This document shows, in pieces, positions 28,601 through 41,580 of a DNA stretch of 64,000 nucleotides. This stretch comes from Antedon mediterranea. Its lineage: Eukaryota; Animalia; Echinodermata. The stretch covers positions 9,903,432-9,967,431 of the forward strand of contig NC_092679.1 in assembly GCF_964355755.1 (NCBI RefSeq), in the 5' to 3' direction. Below the pieces are notes generated by a model. That model searched no databases and was not told where the DNA came from. It saw only the letters and a list, made by a program, of their open reading frames with translations. A program made the position numbers and the translations under genes. Every line of letters starts with the position of its first letter. Position 1 is the stretch's first letter.

Positions 28601-31600
28601 GAGAGAGAGAGATAGATCAGCAAGAGAGAGATAGATCAGCGAGAGAGAGAGATAGATCAGCGAGAGCGAGATAGATTAGCGAGAGAGAGATAGATCAGCG
28701 AGAGAGAGATAGATCAGCGAGAGAGAGAGAGATAGATCAGCGAGAAAGAGATAGATCAGCGAGAGAGAAAGATAGATCAGCGAGAGAGAGATAGATCAGC
28801 GAGAGAGAGAGAGATAGATCAGCGAGAGAGAGAGAGATAGATCAACGAGAGAGAGATAGATCAGCGAGAGAGAGATAGATCAGCGAGAGGGAGAGATAGA
28901 TCAGTGAGAGAGATATAGATCAGCGAGAGAGAGATAGATCAGCGAGAGAGAGATAGATCAGCGAGAGAGAGAGAGATAGATCAGCGAGAGAGAGAGATAG
29001 ATCAGCGAGAGAGAGAAAGATCAGCGAGAGAGAGATAGATCAGCGACAGAGAGATAGATCAGCGAGAGAGAGATAGATCAGCGAGAGAGAGAGACGTCAG
29101 CGAGAGAGAGAGATAGATCAGCGAGAGAGAGATAGATCAGTGAGAGAGAGATAGATAGATCAGCGAGAGAGAGATAGATCAGCGAAAGAGAGATAGATAG
29201 ATCAGCGAGAGAGAGATAGATCAGCGAGAGAGATAGATTAGCGAGAGAGAGATAGATAGATGAGCGAGAGAGAGATAGATCAGCGAGAGAGAGATAGATG
29301 AGCGAGAGAGAGATAGATCAGCGAGAGAGAGATAGATCAGCGAGAGAGAGATAGATAGATCAGCGAGAGAGAGATAGATAGATCAGCGAGAGAGAGAGAT
29401 AGATAGATCAGCGAGAGAGAGATAGATAGATCAGCGAGAGAGAGATAGATGAGCGAGAGAGAGATAGATCAGCGAGAGAGAGATAGATCAGCGAGAGAGA
29501 GAGAGAGAGATAGATAAGCGAGAGAGAGAGATAGATCAGCGAGAGAGAGATAGATCAGCGAGAGAGAGATAGATCAGCGAGAGGGAGAGATAGATCAGCG
29601 AGAGAGAGATAGATCAGCGAGAGAGAGATAGATCAGCGAGAGAGATAGTTCAGCGAGAGAGAGATAGATCAGCGAGAGAGAGATAGATCAGCGAGAGAGA
29701 GAGATGGATCAGCGAGAGAGAGAGAGAGATAGATCAGCGAGATAGAGAAAGATCTGCGAGAGAGAGAGATAGATCAGCGAGAGAGAGATAGATCAGCGAG
29801 AGAGAGATAGATCAGCGAGAGAGAGATAGATCAGCGAGAGAGAGAAAGATCAGCTAGAGAGAGAGAGATAGATAAGCGAGATAGAGAAAGATCAGCGAGA
29901 GAGAGATAGATCAGCGACAGAGAGATATATCAGCGAGAGAGATATAGATCAGCGAGAGAGATATTGATCAGCGAGAGAGAGATAGGTCAGCGAGAGATAG
30001 ATAGAACAGCGAGAGAGAGATAGATCAGCGAGAGAGAGAGAGATAGATCAGCGAGAAAGAGATAGATCAGCGAGAGAGATAGATAGATCAGCGAGAGAGA
30101 TAGATAGATCAGCGAGAGAGAGATAGATCAGCGAGAGAGAGAGAGAGATAGATCAGCGAGAGAGAGAGAGAGAGAGATAGATCAGCGAGAGAGAGATAGA
30201 TCAGCGAGAGAGAGATAGATCAGCGAGAGGGAGAGATAGATCAGCGAGAGAGATATAGATCAGCGAGAGAGAGATAGATCAGCGAGAGAGAGATAGATCA
30301 GCGAGAGAGAGAGAGATAGATCAGCGAGAGAGAGAAAGATCAGCGAGAGAGAGATAGATCAGCGACAGAGAGATAGATCAGCGAGAGAAAGATAGATCAG
30401 CGAGAGAGAGAGATCAGCGAGAGAGAGAGAGAGATAGATCAGCGAGAGAGAGATAGATCAGCGAGAGAGAGATAGATAGATCAGCGAGAGAGAGATAGAT
30501 AGATAGATCAGCGAGAGAGAGATAGATAGATCAGCGAGAGAGAGATAGATAGATCAGCGAGAGAGAGATAGATCAGCGAGAGAGAGAGAGATAGATCAGC
30601 GAGAAAGAGATAGATCAGCGAGAGAGATAGATAGATCAGCGAGAGAGAGATAGATCAGCGAGAGAGAGAGAGAGATAGATCAGCGAGAGAGAAAGAGAGA
30701 GAGATAGATCAGCGAAAGAAAGAGAGATAGATCAGCGAGAGAGAGATAGATCAGCGAGAGAGAGATAGATCAGCGAGAGGGAGAGATAGATCAGCGAGAG
30801 AGAGATAGATCAGCGAGAGGGAGAGATAGATCAGTGAGAGAGATATAGATCAGCGAGAGAGAGATAGATCAGCGAGAGAGAGATAGATCAGCGAGAGAGA
30901 GAGATAGATCAGCGAGAGAGAGATAGATCAGCGAGAGAGATAGATCAGCGAGAGAGAGATAGATAGATCAGCGAGAGAGAGAGAGATAGATCAGCGAGAG
31001 AGAGAAAGATCAGCGAGAGAGAGATAGGTCAGCGACAGAGAGATAGATCAGTGACAGAGAGATAGATCAGCGAGAGAGATATAGATCAGCGAGAGAAAGA
31101 TAGATCAGCGAGAGAGAGATAGATCAGCGAGAGAGAGAAAGATCAGCGAGAGAGAGATAGATCAGTGAGAGAGAGATAGATCAGCGAGAGAGAGATAGAT
31201 TAGCGAGAGAGAGATAGATCAGCGAGAGAGAGAGAGATAGATCAGAGAGAGAGAGAGAGATAGATCAGCGAGAGAGAGATAGATCAGCGAGAGAGTGATA
31301 GATTAGCAAGAGAGAGAGATAGATCAGCGAGAGAGATAGATCAGCGAGAGAGAGAGATCAGCGAGAGAGAGATAGATCAGCGAGAGAGAGATAGATCAGC
31401 GAGAGAGAGATAGATCAGCGAGAGAGAGATAGATAGATCAGCGAGAGAGAGATAGATCAGCGAGAGAGAGATAGATCAGCGACAGAGAGATAGATCAGCG
31501 AGAGAGAGAGAGATAGATCAGCGAGAAAGAGATAGATCAGCGAGAGAGATAGATAGATCAGCGAGAGAGAGATAGATCAGCGAGAGAGAGAGAGAGATAG

Positions 31601-34600
31601 ATCAGCGAGAGAGAAAGAGAGAGAGATAGATCAGCAAAAGAAAGAGAGATAGATCAGCGAGAGAGATATATAGATAAGCGAGAGAGAGATAGATCAGCGA
31701 GAGGGAGAGATAGATCAGCGAGAGAGAGATAGATCAGCGAGAGAGAGATAGATCAGCGAGAGAGAGATAGATCAGCGAGAGAGAGAGATAGATCAGCGAG
31801 AGAGAGAAAGATCAGCGAGAGAGAGATAGGTCAGCGACAGAGAGATAAATCAGTGACAGAGAGATAGATCAATCAGCGAGAGAGAGATAGATCAGCGAGA
31901 GAGAGAGAGAGAGATAGATCAGCGAGAGAGAAAGAGAGAGAGATAGATCAGCGAAAGAAAGAGAGATAGATCAGCGAGAGAGAGATAGATCAGCGAGAGA
32001 GAGATAGATCAGCGAGAGGGAGAGATAGATCAGCGAGAGAGAGAAAGATCAGCGAGAGAGAGAGATAGATCAGCGAGAGAGAGATAGATAGATCAGCGAG
32101 AGAGAGAGAGATAGATCAGCGAGAGAGAGAAAGATCAGCGAGAGAGATATAGGTCAGCGACAGAGAGATAGATCAGTGACAGAGAGATAGATCAGCGAGA
32201 GAGATATAGATCAGCGAGAGAGAGATAGATCAGCGAGAGAGAGATAGATCAGCGAGAGAGAGAAAGATCAGCGAGAGAGATAGATCAGTGAGAGAGAGAT
32301 AGATCAGCGAGAGAGAGATAGATAGATCAGCAAGAGAGAGATAGATCAGCGAGAGAGAGATAGATCAGTGAGAGAGAGATAGATCAGCGAGAGAGAGATA
32401 GATAGATCAGCGAGAGAGAGATAGATCAGCGAGAGAGAGATAGATCAGCGAGAGAGAGATAGATCAGCGAGAGAGAGAGAGAGATAGATAAGCGAGAGAG
32501 AGAGATAGATCAGCGAGAGAGAGATAGATCAGCGAGAGAGAGATAGATCAGCGAGAGGGAGAGATAGATCAGCGAGAGAGAGATAGATCAGCGAGAGAGA
32601 GATAGATCAGCGAGAGAGATAGAGAGATAGATCAGCGAGATAGAGAAAGATCTGCGAGAGAGAGAGATAGATCAGCGAGAGAGAGATAGATCAGCGAGAG
32701 AGAGATAGATCAGCGAGAGAGAGATAGATCAGCGAGAGAGAGATAGATCAGCGAGAGAGAGAGAGATAGATAAGCGAGATAGAGAAAGATCAGCGAGAGA
32801 GAGATAGATCAGCGACAGAGAGATATATCAGCGAGAGAGATATAGATCAGCGAGAGAGATATTGATCAGCGAGAGAGAGATAGGTCAGCGAGAGATAGAT
32901 AGAACAGCGAGAGAGAGATAGATCAGCGAGAAAGAGATAGATCAGCGAGAGAGATAGATAGATCAGCGAGAGAGATAGATAGATCAGCGAGAGAGAGATA
33001 GATCAGCGAGAGAGAGAGAGAGATAGATCAGCGAGAGAGAGAGAGAGAGAGATAGATCAGCGAGAGAGAGATAGATCAGCGAGAGAGAGATAGATCAGCG
33101 AGAGGGAGAGATAGATCAGCGAGAGAGATATAGATCAGCGAGAGAGAGATAGATCAGCGAGAGAGAGATAGATCAGCGAGAGAGAGAGAGATAGATCAGC
33201 GAGAGAGAGAAAGATCAGCGAGAGAGAGATAGATCAGCGACAGAGAGATAGATCAGCGAGAGAAAGATAGATCAGCGAGAGAGAGAGATCAGCGAGAGAG
33301 AGAGATAGATCAGCGAGAGAGAGATAGATCAGCGAGAGAGAGATAGATAGATCAGCGAGAGAGAGATAGATAGATAGATCGGCGAGAGAGAGATAGATAG
33401 ATCAGCGAGAGAGAGATAGATAGATCAGCGAGAGAGAGATAGATCAGCGAGAGAGAGAGAGATAGATCAGCGAGAAAGAGATAGATCAGCGAGAGAGATA
33501 GATAGATCAGCGAGAGAGAGATAGATCAGCGAGAGAGAGAGAGAGATAGATCAGCGAGAGAGAAAGAGAGAGAGATAGATCAGCGAAAGAAAGAGAGATA
33601 GATCAGCGAGAGAGAGATAGATCAGCGAGAGAGAGATAGATCAGCGAGAGGGAGAGATAGATCAGCGAGAGAGAGATAGATCAGCGAGAGGGAGAGATAG
33701 ATCAGTGAGAGAGATATAGATCAGCGAGAGAGAGATAGATCAGCGAGAGAGAGATAGATCAGCGAGAGAGAGAGATAGATCAGCGAGAGAGAGATAGATC
33801 AGCGAGAGAGATAGATCAGCGAGAGAGAGATAGATAGATCAGCGAGAGAGAGAGAGATAGATCAGCGAGAGAGAGAAAGATCAGCGAGAGAGAGATAGGT
33901 CAGCGACAGAGAGATAGATCAGTGACAGAGAGATAGATCAGCGAGAGAGATATAGATCAGCGAGAGAAAGATAGATTAGCGAGAGAGAGATAGATCAGCG
34001 AGAGAGAGAAAGATCAGCGAGAGAGAGATAGATCAGTGAGAGAGAGATAGATCAGCGAGAGAGAGATAGATTAGCGAGAGAGAGATAGATCAGCGAGAGA
34101 GAGAGATAGATCAGAGAGAGAGAGAGATAGATCAGCGAGAGAGAGATAGATCAGCGAGAGAGTGATAGATTAGCAAGAGAGAGAGATAGATCAGCGAGAG
34201 AGATAGATCAGCGAGAGATAGAGATCAGCGAGAGAGAGATAGATCAGCGAGAGAGAGATAGATCAGCGAGAGAGAGATAGATCAGCGAGAGAGAGATAGA
34301 TAGATCAGCGAGAGAGAGATAGATCAGCGAGAGAGAGATAGATCAGCGACAGAGAGATAGATCAGCGAGAGAGAGAGAGATAGATCAGCGAGAAAGAGAT
34401 AGATCAGCGAGAGAGATAGATAGATCAGCGAGAGAGAGATAGATCAGCGAGAGAAAGAGAGAGATAGATCAGCGAGAGAGAAAGAGAGAGAGATAGATCA
34501 GCAAAAGAAAGAGAGATAGATCAGCGAGAGAGATATATAGATCAGCGAGAGAGAGAGATAGATCAGCGAGAGAGAGATAGATCAGCGAGAGAGAGATAGA

Positions 34601-37600
34601 TCAGCGAGAGAGAGATAGATCAGCGAGAGAGAGAGATAGATCAGCGAGAGAGAGAAAGATCAGCGAGAGAGAGATAGGTCAGCGACAGAGAGATAGATCA
34701 GTGACAGAGAGATAGATCAATCAGCGAGAGAGAGATAGATCAGCGAGAGAGAGAGAGAGAGATAGATCAGCGAGAGAGAAAGAGAGAGAGATAGATCAGC
34801 GAAAGAAAGAGAGATAGATCAGCGAGAGAGAGATAGATCAGCGAGAGAGAGATAGATCAGCGAGAGGGAGAAATAGATCAGCGAGAGAGAGAAAGATCAG
34901 CGAGAGAGAGAGATAGATCAGCGAGAGAGAGATAGATAGATCAGCGAGAGAGAGAGAGATAGATCAGCAAGAGAGAGAAAGATCAGCGAGAGAGAGATAG
35001 GTCAGCGACAGAGAGATAGATCAGTGACAGAGAGATAGATCAGCGAGAGAGATATAGATCAGCGAGAGAGAGATAGAACAGCGAGAGAGAGATAGATCAG
35101 CGAGAGAGAGAAAGATCAGCGAGAGAGAGATAGATCAGTGAGAGAGAGATAGATCAGCGAGAGAGAGATAGATTAGCGAGAGAGAGATAGATCAGCGAGA
35201 GAGAGAGAGATAGATCAGAGAGAGAGAGAGAGATAGATCAGCGAGAGAGAGATAGATCAGCGAGAGAGTGATAGATTAGCAAGAGAGAGAGATAGATCAG
35301 CGAGAGAGATAGATCAGCGAGAGAGAGAGAGATCAGCGAGAGAGATAGATCAGCGAGAGAGAGATAGATCAGCGAGAGAGAGATAGATCAGCGAGAAAGA
35401 GATAGATAGATCAGCGAGAGAGAGATAGATCTGCGAGAGAGATATAGATCAGCGATAGAGAGATAGATCAGCGAGAGATAGATAGATCAGCGAGAGAGAG
35501 ATAGATCAGCAAGAGGGAGAGATAGATCAGCAAGAGAGAGATAGATCAGCGAGAGAGAGATAGATCAGCGAGAGCGAGATAGATTAGCGAGAGAGAGATA
35601 GATCAGCGAGAGAGAGATATATCAGCGAGAAAGAGAGAGATAGATCAGCGAGAAAGAGATAGATCAGCGAGAGAGATAGATAGATCAGCGAGAGAGAGAT
35701 AGATTAGCGAGAGAGAGAGAGATAGATCAGCGAGAGAGAGATAGATCAGCGAGAGAAAGAGAGATAGATCAGCGAGAGGGAGAGATATATCAGCGAGAGA
35801 GATATAGATCAGCGAGAGAGAGATAGATCAGCGAGAGAGAGATAGATCAGCGAGAGAGAGATAGATCAGCGAGAGAGAGAGATAGATCAGCGAGAGAGAG
35901 AGATAGATCAGCGAGAGAGAGAAAGATCAGCGAGAGAGAGATAGATCAGCGACAGAGAGATAGATCAGCGAGAGAGAGATAGATCAGCGAGAGAGAGAGA
36001 GGTCAGCGAGAGAGAGAGATAGATCAGCGAGAGACAGATAGATCAGCGAGAGACAGATAGATAGATCAGCGAGAGAGAGATAGATAGATCAGCGAGAGAG
36101 AGATAGATCAGCGAAAGAGAGATAGATAGATCAGCGAGAGAGAGATAGATCAGCGAGAGAGATAGATTAGCGAGAGAGAGATAGATAGATGAGCGAGAGA
36201 GAGATAGATCAGCGAGAGAGAGATAGATCAGCGAGAGAGAGATAGATCAGCGAGAGAGAGAGAGAGATAGATAGATCAGCGAGAGAGAGATAGATAGATC
36301 AGCGAGAGAGAGAGATAGATAGATCAGCGAGAGAGAGATAGATAGATCAGCGAGAGAGAGATAGATGAGCGAGAGAGAGATAGATCAGCGAGAGAGAGAT
36401 AGATCAGCGAGAGAGAAAGAGAGAGAGAGATAGATCAGCGAAAGAAAGAGAGATAGATCAGCGAGAGAGAGATAGATCAGCGAGAGAGAGATAGATCAGC
36501 GAGAGGGAGAGATAGATCAGCGAGAGAGAGATAGATCAGCGAGAGAGAGATAGATCAGCGAGAGAGATAGATCAGCGAGAGAGAGATAGATAGATCAGCG
36601 AGAGAGAGAGATAGATCAGCGAGAGAAAGAAAGATCAGTGAGAGAGAGATAGGTCAGCGACAGAGAGATAGATCAGCGAGAGAGAGATATATCAGCGAGA
36701 GAGATATAGATCAGCGAGAGAGAGATAGATCAGCGAGAGAGAGATAGATCAGCGAGAGAGAGAAAGACCAGCGAGAGAGAGATAGATCAGTGAGAGAGAG
36801 ATAGATCAGCGAGAGAGAGATAGATTAGCGAGAGAGAGATAGATCAGCGAGAGAGAGAGAGATAGATCAGAGAGAGAGATAGATCAGCGACAGAGAGATA
36901 GATCAGCGAGAGAGTGATAGATTAGCAAGAGAGAGAGATAGATCAGCGAGAGAGAGAGAGATCAGCGAGAGAGAGATAGATCAGCGAGAGAGAGATAGAT
37001 CAGCGAGAGAGAGATAGATCAGCGAGAGAGAGATAGATAGATCAGCGAGAGAGAGATAGATCAGCGAGAGAGATATAGATCAGCGAGAGAGAGATAGATC
37101 AGCGAGAGATAGATAGATCAGCGAGAGAGAGATAGATCAGCAAGAGGGAGAGATAGATCAGCAAGAGAGAGATAGATCAGCGAGAGAGAGAGATAGATCA
37201 GCGAGAGCGAGATAGATTAGCGAGAGAGAGATAGATCAGCGAGAGAGAGATAGATCAGCGAGAAAGAGAGAGATAGATCAGCGAGAAAGAGATAGATCAG
37301 CGAGAGAGATAGATAGATCAGCGAGAGAGAGATAGATCAGCGAGAGAGAGAGAGATAGATCAGCGAGAGAGAGAGATAGATCAGCGAGAGAGAGATAGAT
37401 CAGCGAGAGAGAGATAGATCAGCGAGAGGGAGAGATAGATCAGCGAGAGAGATATAGATCAGCGAGAGAGAGATAGATCAGCGAGAGAGAGATAGATCAG
37501 CGAGAGAGAGATAGATCAGCGAGAGAGAGAGATAGTTCAGCGAGAGAGAGAAAGATCAGCGAGAGAGAGATAGATCAGCGACAGAGAGATAGATCAGCGA

Positions 37601-40600
37601 GAGAGAGATAGATCAGCGAGAGAGAGAGAGGTCAGCGAGAGAGAGAGATAGATCAGCGAGAGAGAGATAGATCAGCGAGAGAGAGATAGATAGATCAGCG
37701 AGAGAGAGATAGATAGATAAGCGAGAGAGAGATAGATCAGCGAAAGAGAGATAGATAGATCAGCGAGAGAGAGATAGATCAGCGAGAGAGATAGATTAGC
37801 GAGAGAGAGATAGATAGATGAACGAGAGAGAGATAGATCAGCGAGAGAGAGATAGATCATCGAGAGAGAGATAGATCAGCGAGAGAGAGATAGATAGATC
37901 AGCGAGAGAGATATAGATAGATCAGCGAGAGAGAGATAGATAGATCAACGAGAGAGAGATAGATAGATCAGCGAGAGAGAGATAGATGAGCGAGAGAGAG
38001 ATAGATCAGCGAGAGAGAGATAGATCAGCGAGAGAGAGAGAGAGAGATAGATAAGCGAGAGAGAGATAGATCAGCGAGAGAGAGATAGATCAGCAAGAGA
38101 GAGATAGATCAGCGAGAGGGAGAGATAGATCAGCGAGAGAGAGATAGATCAGCGAGAGAGAGATAGATCAGCGAGAGAGATAGATCAGCGAGAGAGAGAT
38201 AGATCAGCGAGAGAGAGAGATGGATCAGCGAGAGAGAGAGAGATAGATCAGCGAGATAGAGAAAGATCTGCGAGAGAGAGATAGATCAGCGAGAGAGAGA
38301 TAGATCAGCGAGAGAGAGAGATAGATAAGCGAGATAGAGAAAGATCAGCGAGAGAGAGATAGATCAGCGACAGAGATATAGATCAGCGAGAGAGATATAG
38401 ATCAGCGAGAGAGATATTGATCAGCGAGAGAAAGATAGGTCAGCGAGAGATAGATAAATCAGCGAGAGAGAGATAGATCAGAGAGAGAGAGAGATAGATC
38501 AGCGAGAAAGAGATAGATAAGCGAGAGAGATAGATAGATCAGCGAGAGATAGATAGATCAGCGAGAGAGAGAGAGAGATAGATCAGCGAGAGAGAGAGAG
38601 ATAGATCAGCGAGAGAGAGATAGATCAGCGAGAGGGAGAGATAGATCAGCGAGAGAGATATAGATCAGCGAGAGAGAGATAGATCAGCGAGAGAGAGATA
38701 GATCAGCGAGAGAGAGATAGATCAGCGAGAGAGAGAGATAGATCAGCGAGAGAGAGAGATAGATCAGCGAGAGAGAGAAAGATCAGCGAGAGAGAGATAG
38801 ATCAGCGACAGAGAGATAGATCAGCCAGAGAGAGATAGATCAGCCAGAGAGAGAGAGATCAGCGAGAGAGAGAGATAGATCAGCGAGAGAGAGATAGATC
38901 AGCGAGAGAGAGATAGATAGATCAGCGAGAGAGAGATAGATAGATCAGCGAGAGAGAGATAGATAGATCAGCGAGAGAGAGATAGATAGATCAGCGAGAG
39001 AGAGATAGATGAGCGAGAGAGAGATAGATCAGCGAGAGAGAGATAGATCAGCGAGAGAGAGAGATAGATAAGCGAGAGAGAGAGAGAGATAGATCAGCGA
39101 GAGACAGATAGATCAGCGAGAGGGAGAGATAGATCAGCGAGAGAGAGATAGATCAGCGAGAGAGAGAGAGATAGATCAGCGAGAGAGATAGATTAGCCAG
39201 AGAGAGATAGATAGATGAGCGAGAGAGAGATAGATCAGCGAGAGAGAGATAGATCAGCGAGAGAGAGATAGATAGATCAGCGAGAGAGAGATAGATCAGC
39301 GAGAGAGAGATAGATCAGCGAGAGAGATAGATCAGCGAGAGAGAGAGAGATAGATCAGCGAGAGAGAGAGAGAGATGGATCAGCGAGAGAGAGAAAGATT
39401 AGCGAGAGAGAGATAGGTCAGCGACAGAGAGATAGATCAGCGAGAGAGAGATAGATCAGCGAGAGAGATATAGATCAGCGAGAGAGAGAGATAGATCAGC
39501 GAGAGAGAGAGTTAGATCAGCGAGAGAGAGAAAGATCAGCGAGAGAGAGATAGATCAGTGAGAGAGAGATAGATAAGCGAGAGAAAGATAGATTAGCGGG
39601 GGAGAGATAGATCACCGAGAGAGAGAGAGATAGATCAGAAATAGAGAGATAGATCAGCGAGAAAGAGATAGATCAGCGAGAGAGAGATAGATTAGCAAGA
39701 GAGAGATAGATCAGCGAGAGAGAGGTAGATCAGCGAGAGAGAGAGAAATCAGCCAGAGAGAGATAGATCAGCGAGAGAGATAGATCAGCGAGAGAGAGAT
39801 AGATCAGCGAGAGAGAGATAGATAGATCAGCGAGAGAGAGATAGGTCAGCGAGAGAGAGATAGATCAGCGAGAGAGATAGATAGATCAGCGAGAGAGAGA
39901 TAGATCAGCGAGAGAGAGAGAGAGATAGATCAGCGAGAGAGAGATAGATCAGCGAGAGAGAGATAGATCAGCGAGAGAGAGATAGATCAGCGAGAGGGAG
40001 AGATAGATCAGCGAGAGAGAGATAGATCAGCGAGAGAGATAGACCAGCGAGAGAGAGATAGATCAGCGAGAGAGATAGATCAGCGAGAGAGAGAGATAGA
40101 TCAGCGAGAGAGAGAGAGATAGATCAGCGAGAGAATGAAAGATCAGCGAGAGAGAGATAGGTCAGCGACAGAGAGATAGATCAGTGAGAGAGAGATAGAT
40201 CAGCGAGAGAGATATAGATCAGCGAGAGAGAGATAGATCAGCGAGAGAGAGATAGATCAGCGAGAGAGAGAAAGATCAGCGAGAGAGAGAGAGATAGATC
40301 AGTGAGAGAGAGATAGATCAGTGAGAGAGAGATAGATTAGCGAGAGAGATAGATCAGTGAGAGAGAGAGAGAGAGAGATAGATCAGAGAGAAAGAGATAG
40401 ATCAGCGAGAGAGAGATAGATCAGCGAGAGAGAGATAGATTAGCAAGAGAGAGATAGATCAGCGAGAGAGAGATAGATCAGCGAGAGAGAGAGAGATCAG
40501 CGAGAGAGAGATAGATCAGCGAGAGATAGATAGATCTGCGAGAGAGAGATATATCAGCGAGAGAGAGATAGATAGATCAGCGAGAGAAAGATAGATCAGC

Positions 40601-41580
40601 GAGAGAGATATAGATCAGCGAGAGAGAGATAGATCAGCGAGAGATAGATAGATCAGCAAGAGATAGAGAGAGATAGATCAGCAAGAGAGAGATAGATCAG
40701 CGAGAGAGAGAGATAGATCAGCGAGAGCAAGATAGATTAGCGAGAAAGAGATAGATCAGCGAGAAAGAGATAGATCAGCGAGAGAGAGAGATAGATCAGC
40801 GAGAAAGAGATAGATCAGCGAGAGAGATAGATAGATCAGCGAGAGAGAGATAGATCAGCGAGAGAGAGATAGATCAGCGAGAGAGAGATAGAACAGCGAG
40901 AGAGATAGATCAGCGAGAGAGAGATAGATCAGCGAGAGAGAGAGATAGATCAGCGAGAGAGAAAAAGATCAGCGAGAGAGAGATAGGTCAGCGACAGAGA
41001 GATAGATCAGCGAGAGAGAGATAGATCAGCGAGAGAGATATAGATCAGCGAGAGAGAGAGATAGATCAGTGAGAGAGAGATAGATCAGCGAGAGAGAGAA
41101 AGATCAGTGAGAGTGAGATAGATCAGTGAGAGAGATATAGATCAGCGAGAGAGAGATAGATTAGCGATAGAGAGATAGATCAGCGAGAGAGAGAGAGATA
41201 GATCAGAGAGAAGAGAGATAGATCAGCGAGAGAGAGATAGATCAGCGAGAGAGAGATAGATTAGCAAGAGAGAGATAGATCAGCGAGAGAGAGATAGATC
41301 AGCGAGAGAGAGATAGATCAGCGAGAGAGAGATAGATCAGCGAGAGAGAGATAGATCAGCGAGAGAGAGATAGATCAGCGAGAGAGAGATAGATCAGCGA
41401 GAGAGAGATAGATCAGCGAGATAGAGAAAGATCAGCGAGAGAGAGATAGATCAGTGACAGAGAGATAGATCAGCGAGAGAGAGATAGATCAGCGAGAGAG
41501 ATATAGATCAGCGAGAGAGATATAGATCAGCGAGAGATAGATAGATCAGCGAGAGAGATAGAGATAGATCAGCAAGAGAG
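13027..41580 (+). repeat. Purine-rich minisatellite TAGATCAGC(GA)n (~19-bp modal unit), ~28.5-kb block
   Basis: Continuous tandem copies with variable GA number, optional TAGA duplications and recurring point variants. Confidence 0.98.

Noticed and set aside
13027-41580. CRISPR array or RERDRSA-repeat protein gene
   Set aside because: There are no unique spacers and the context is eukaryotic. The variable unit length shifts frame constantly, so ORFs such as 37672-37860 are repeat artefacts.
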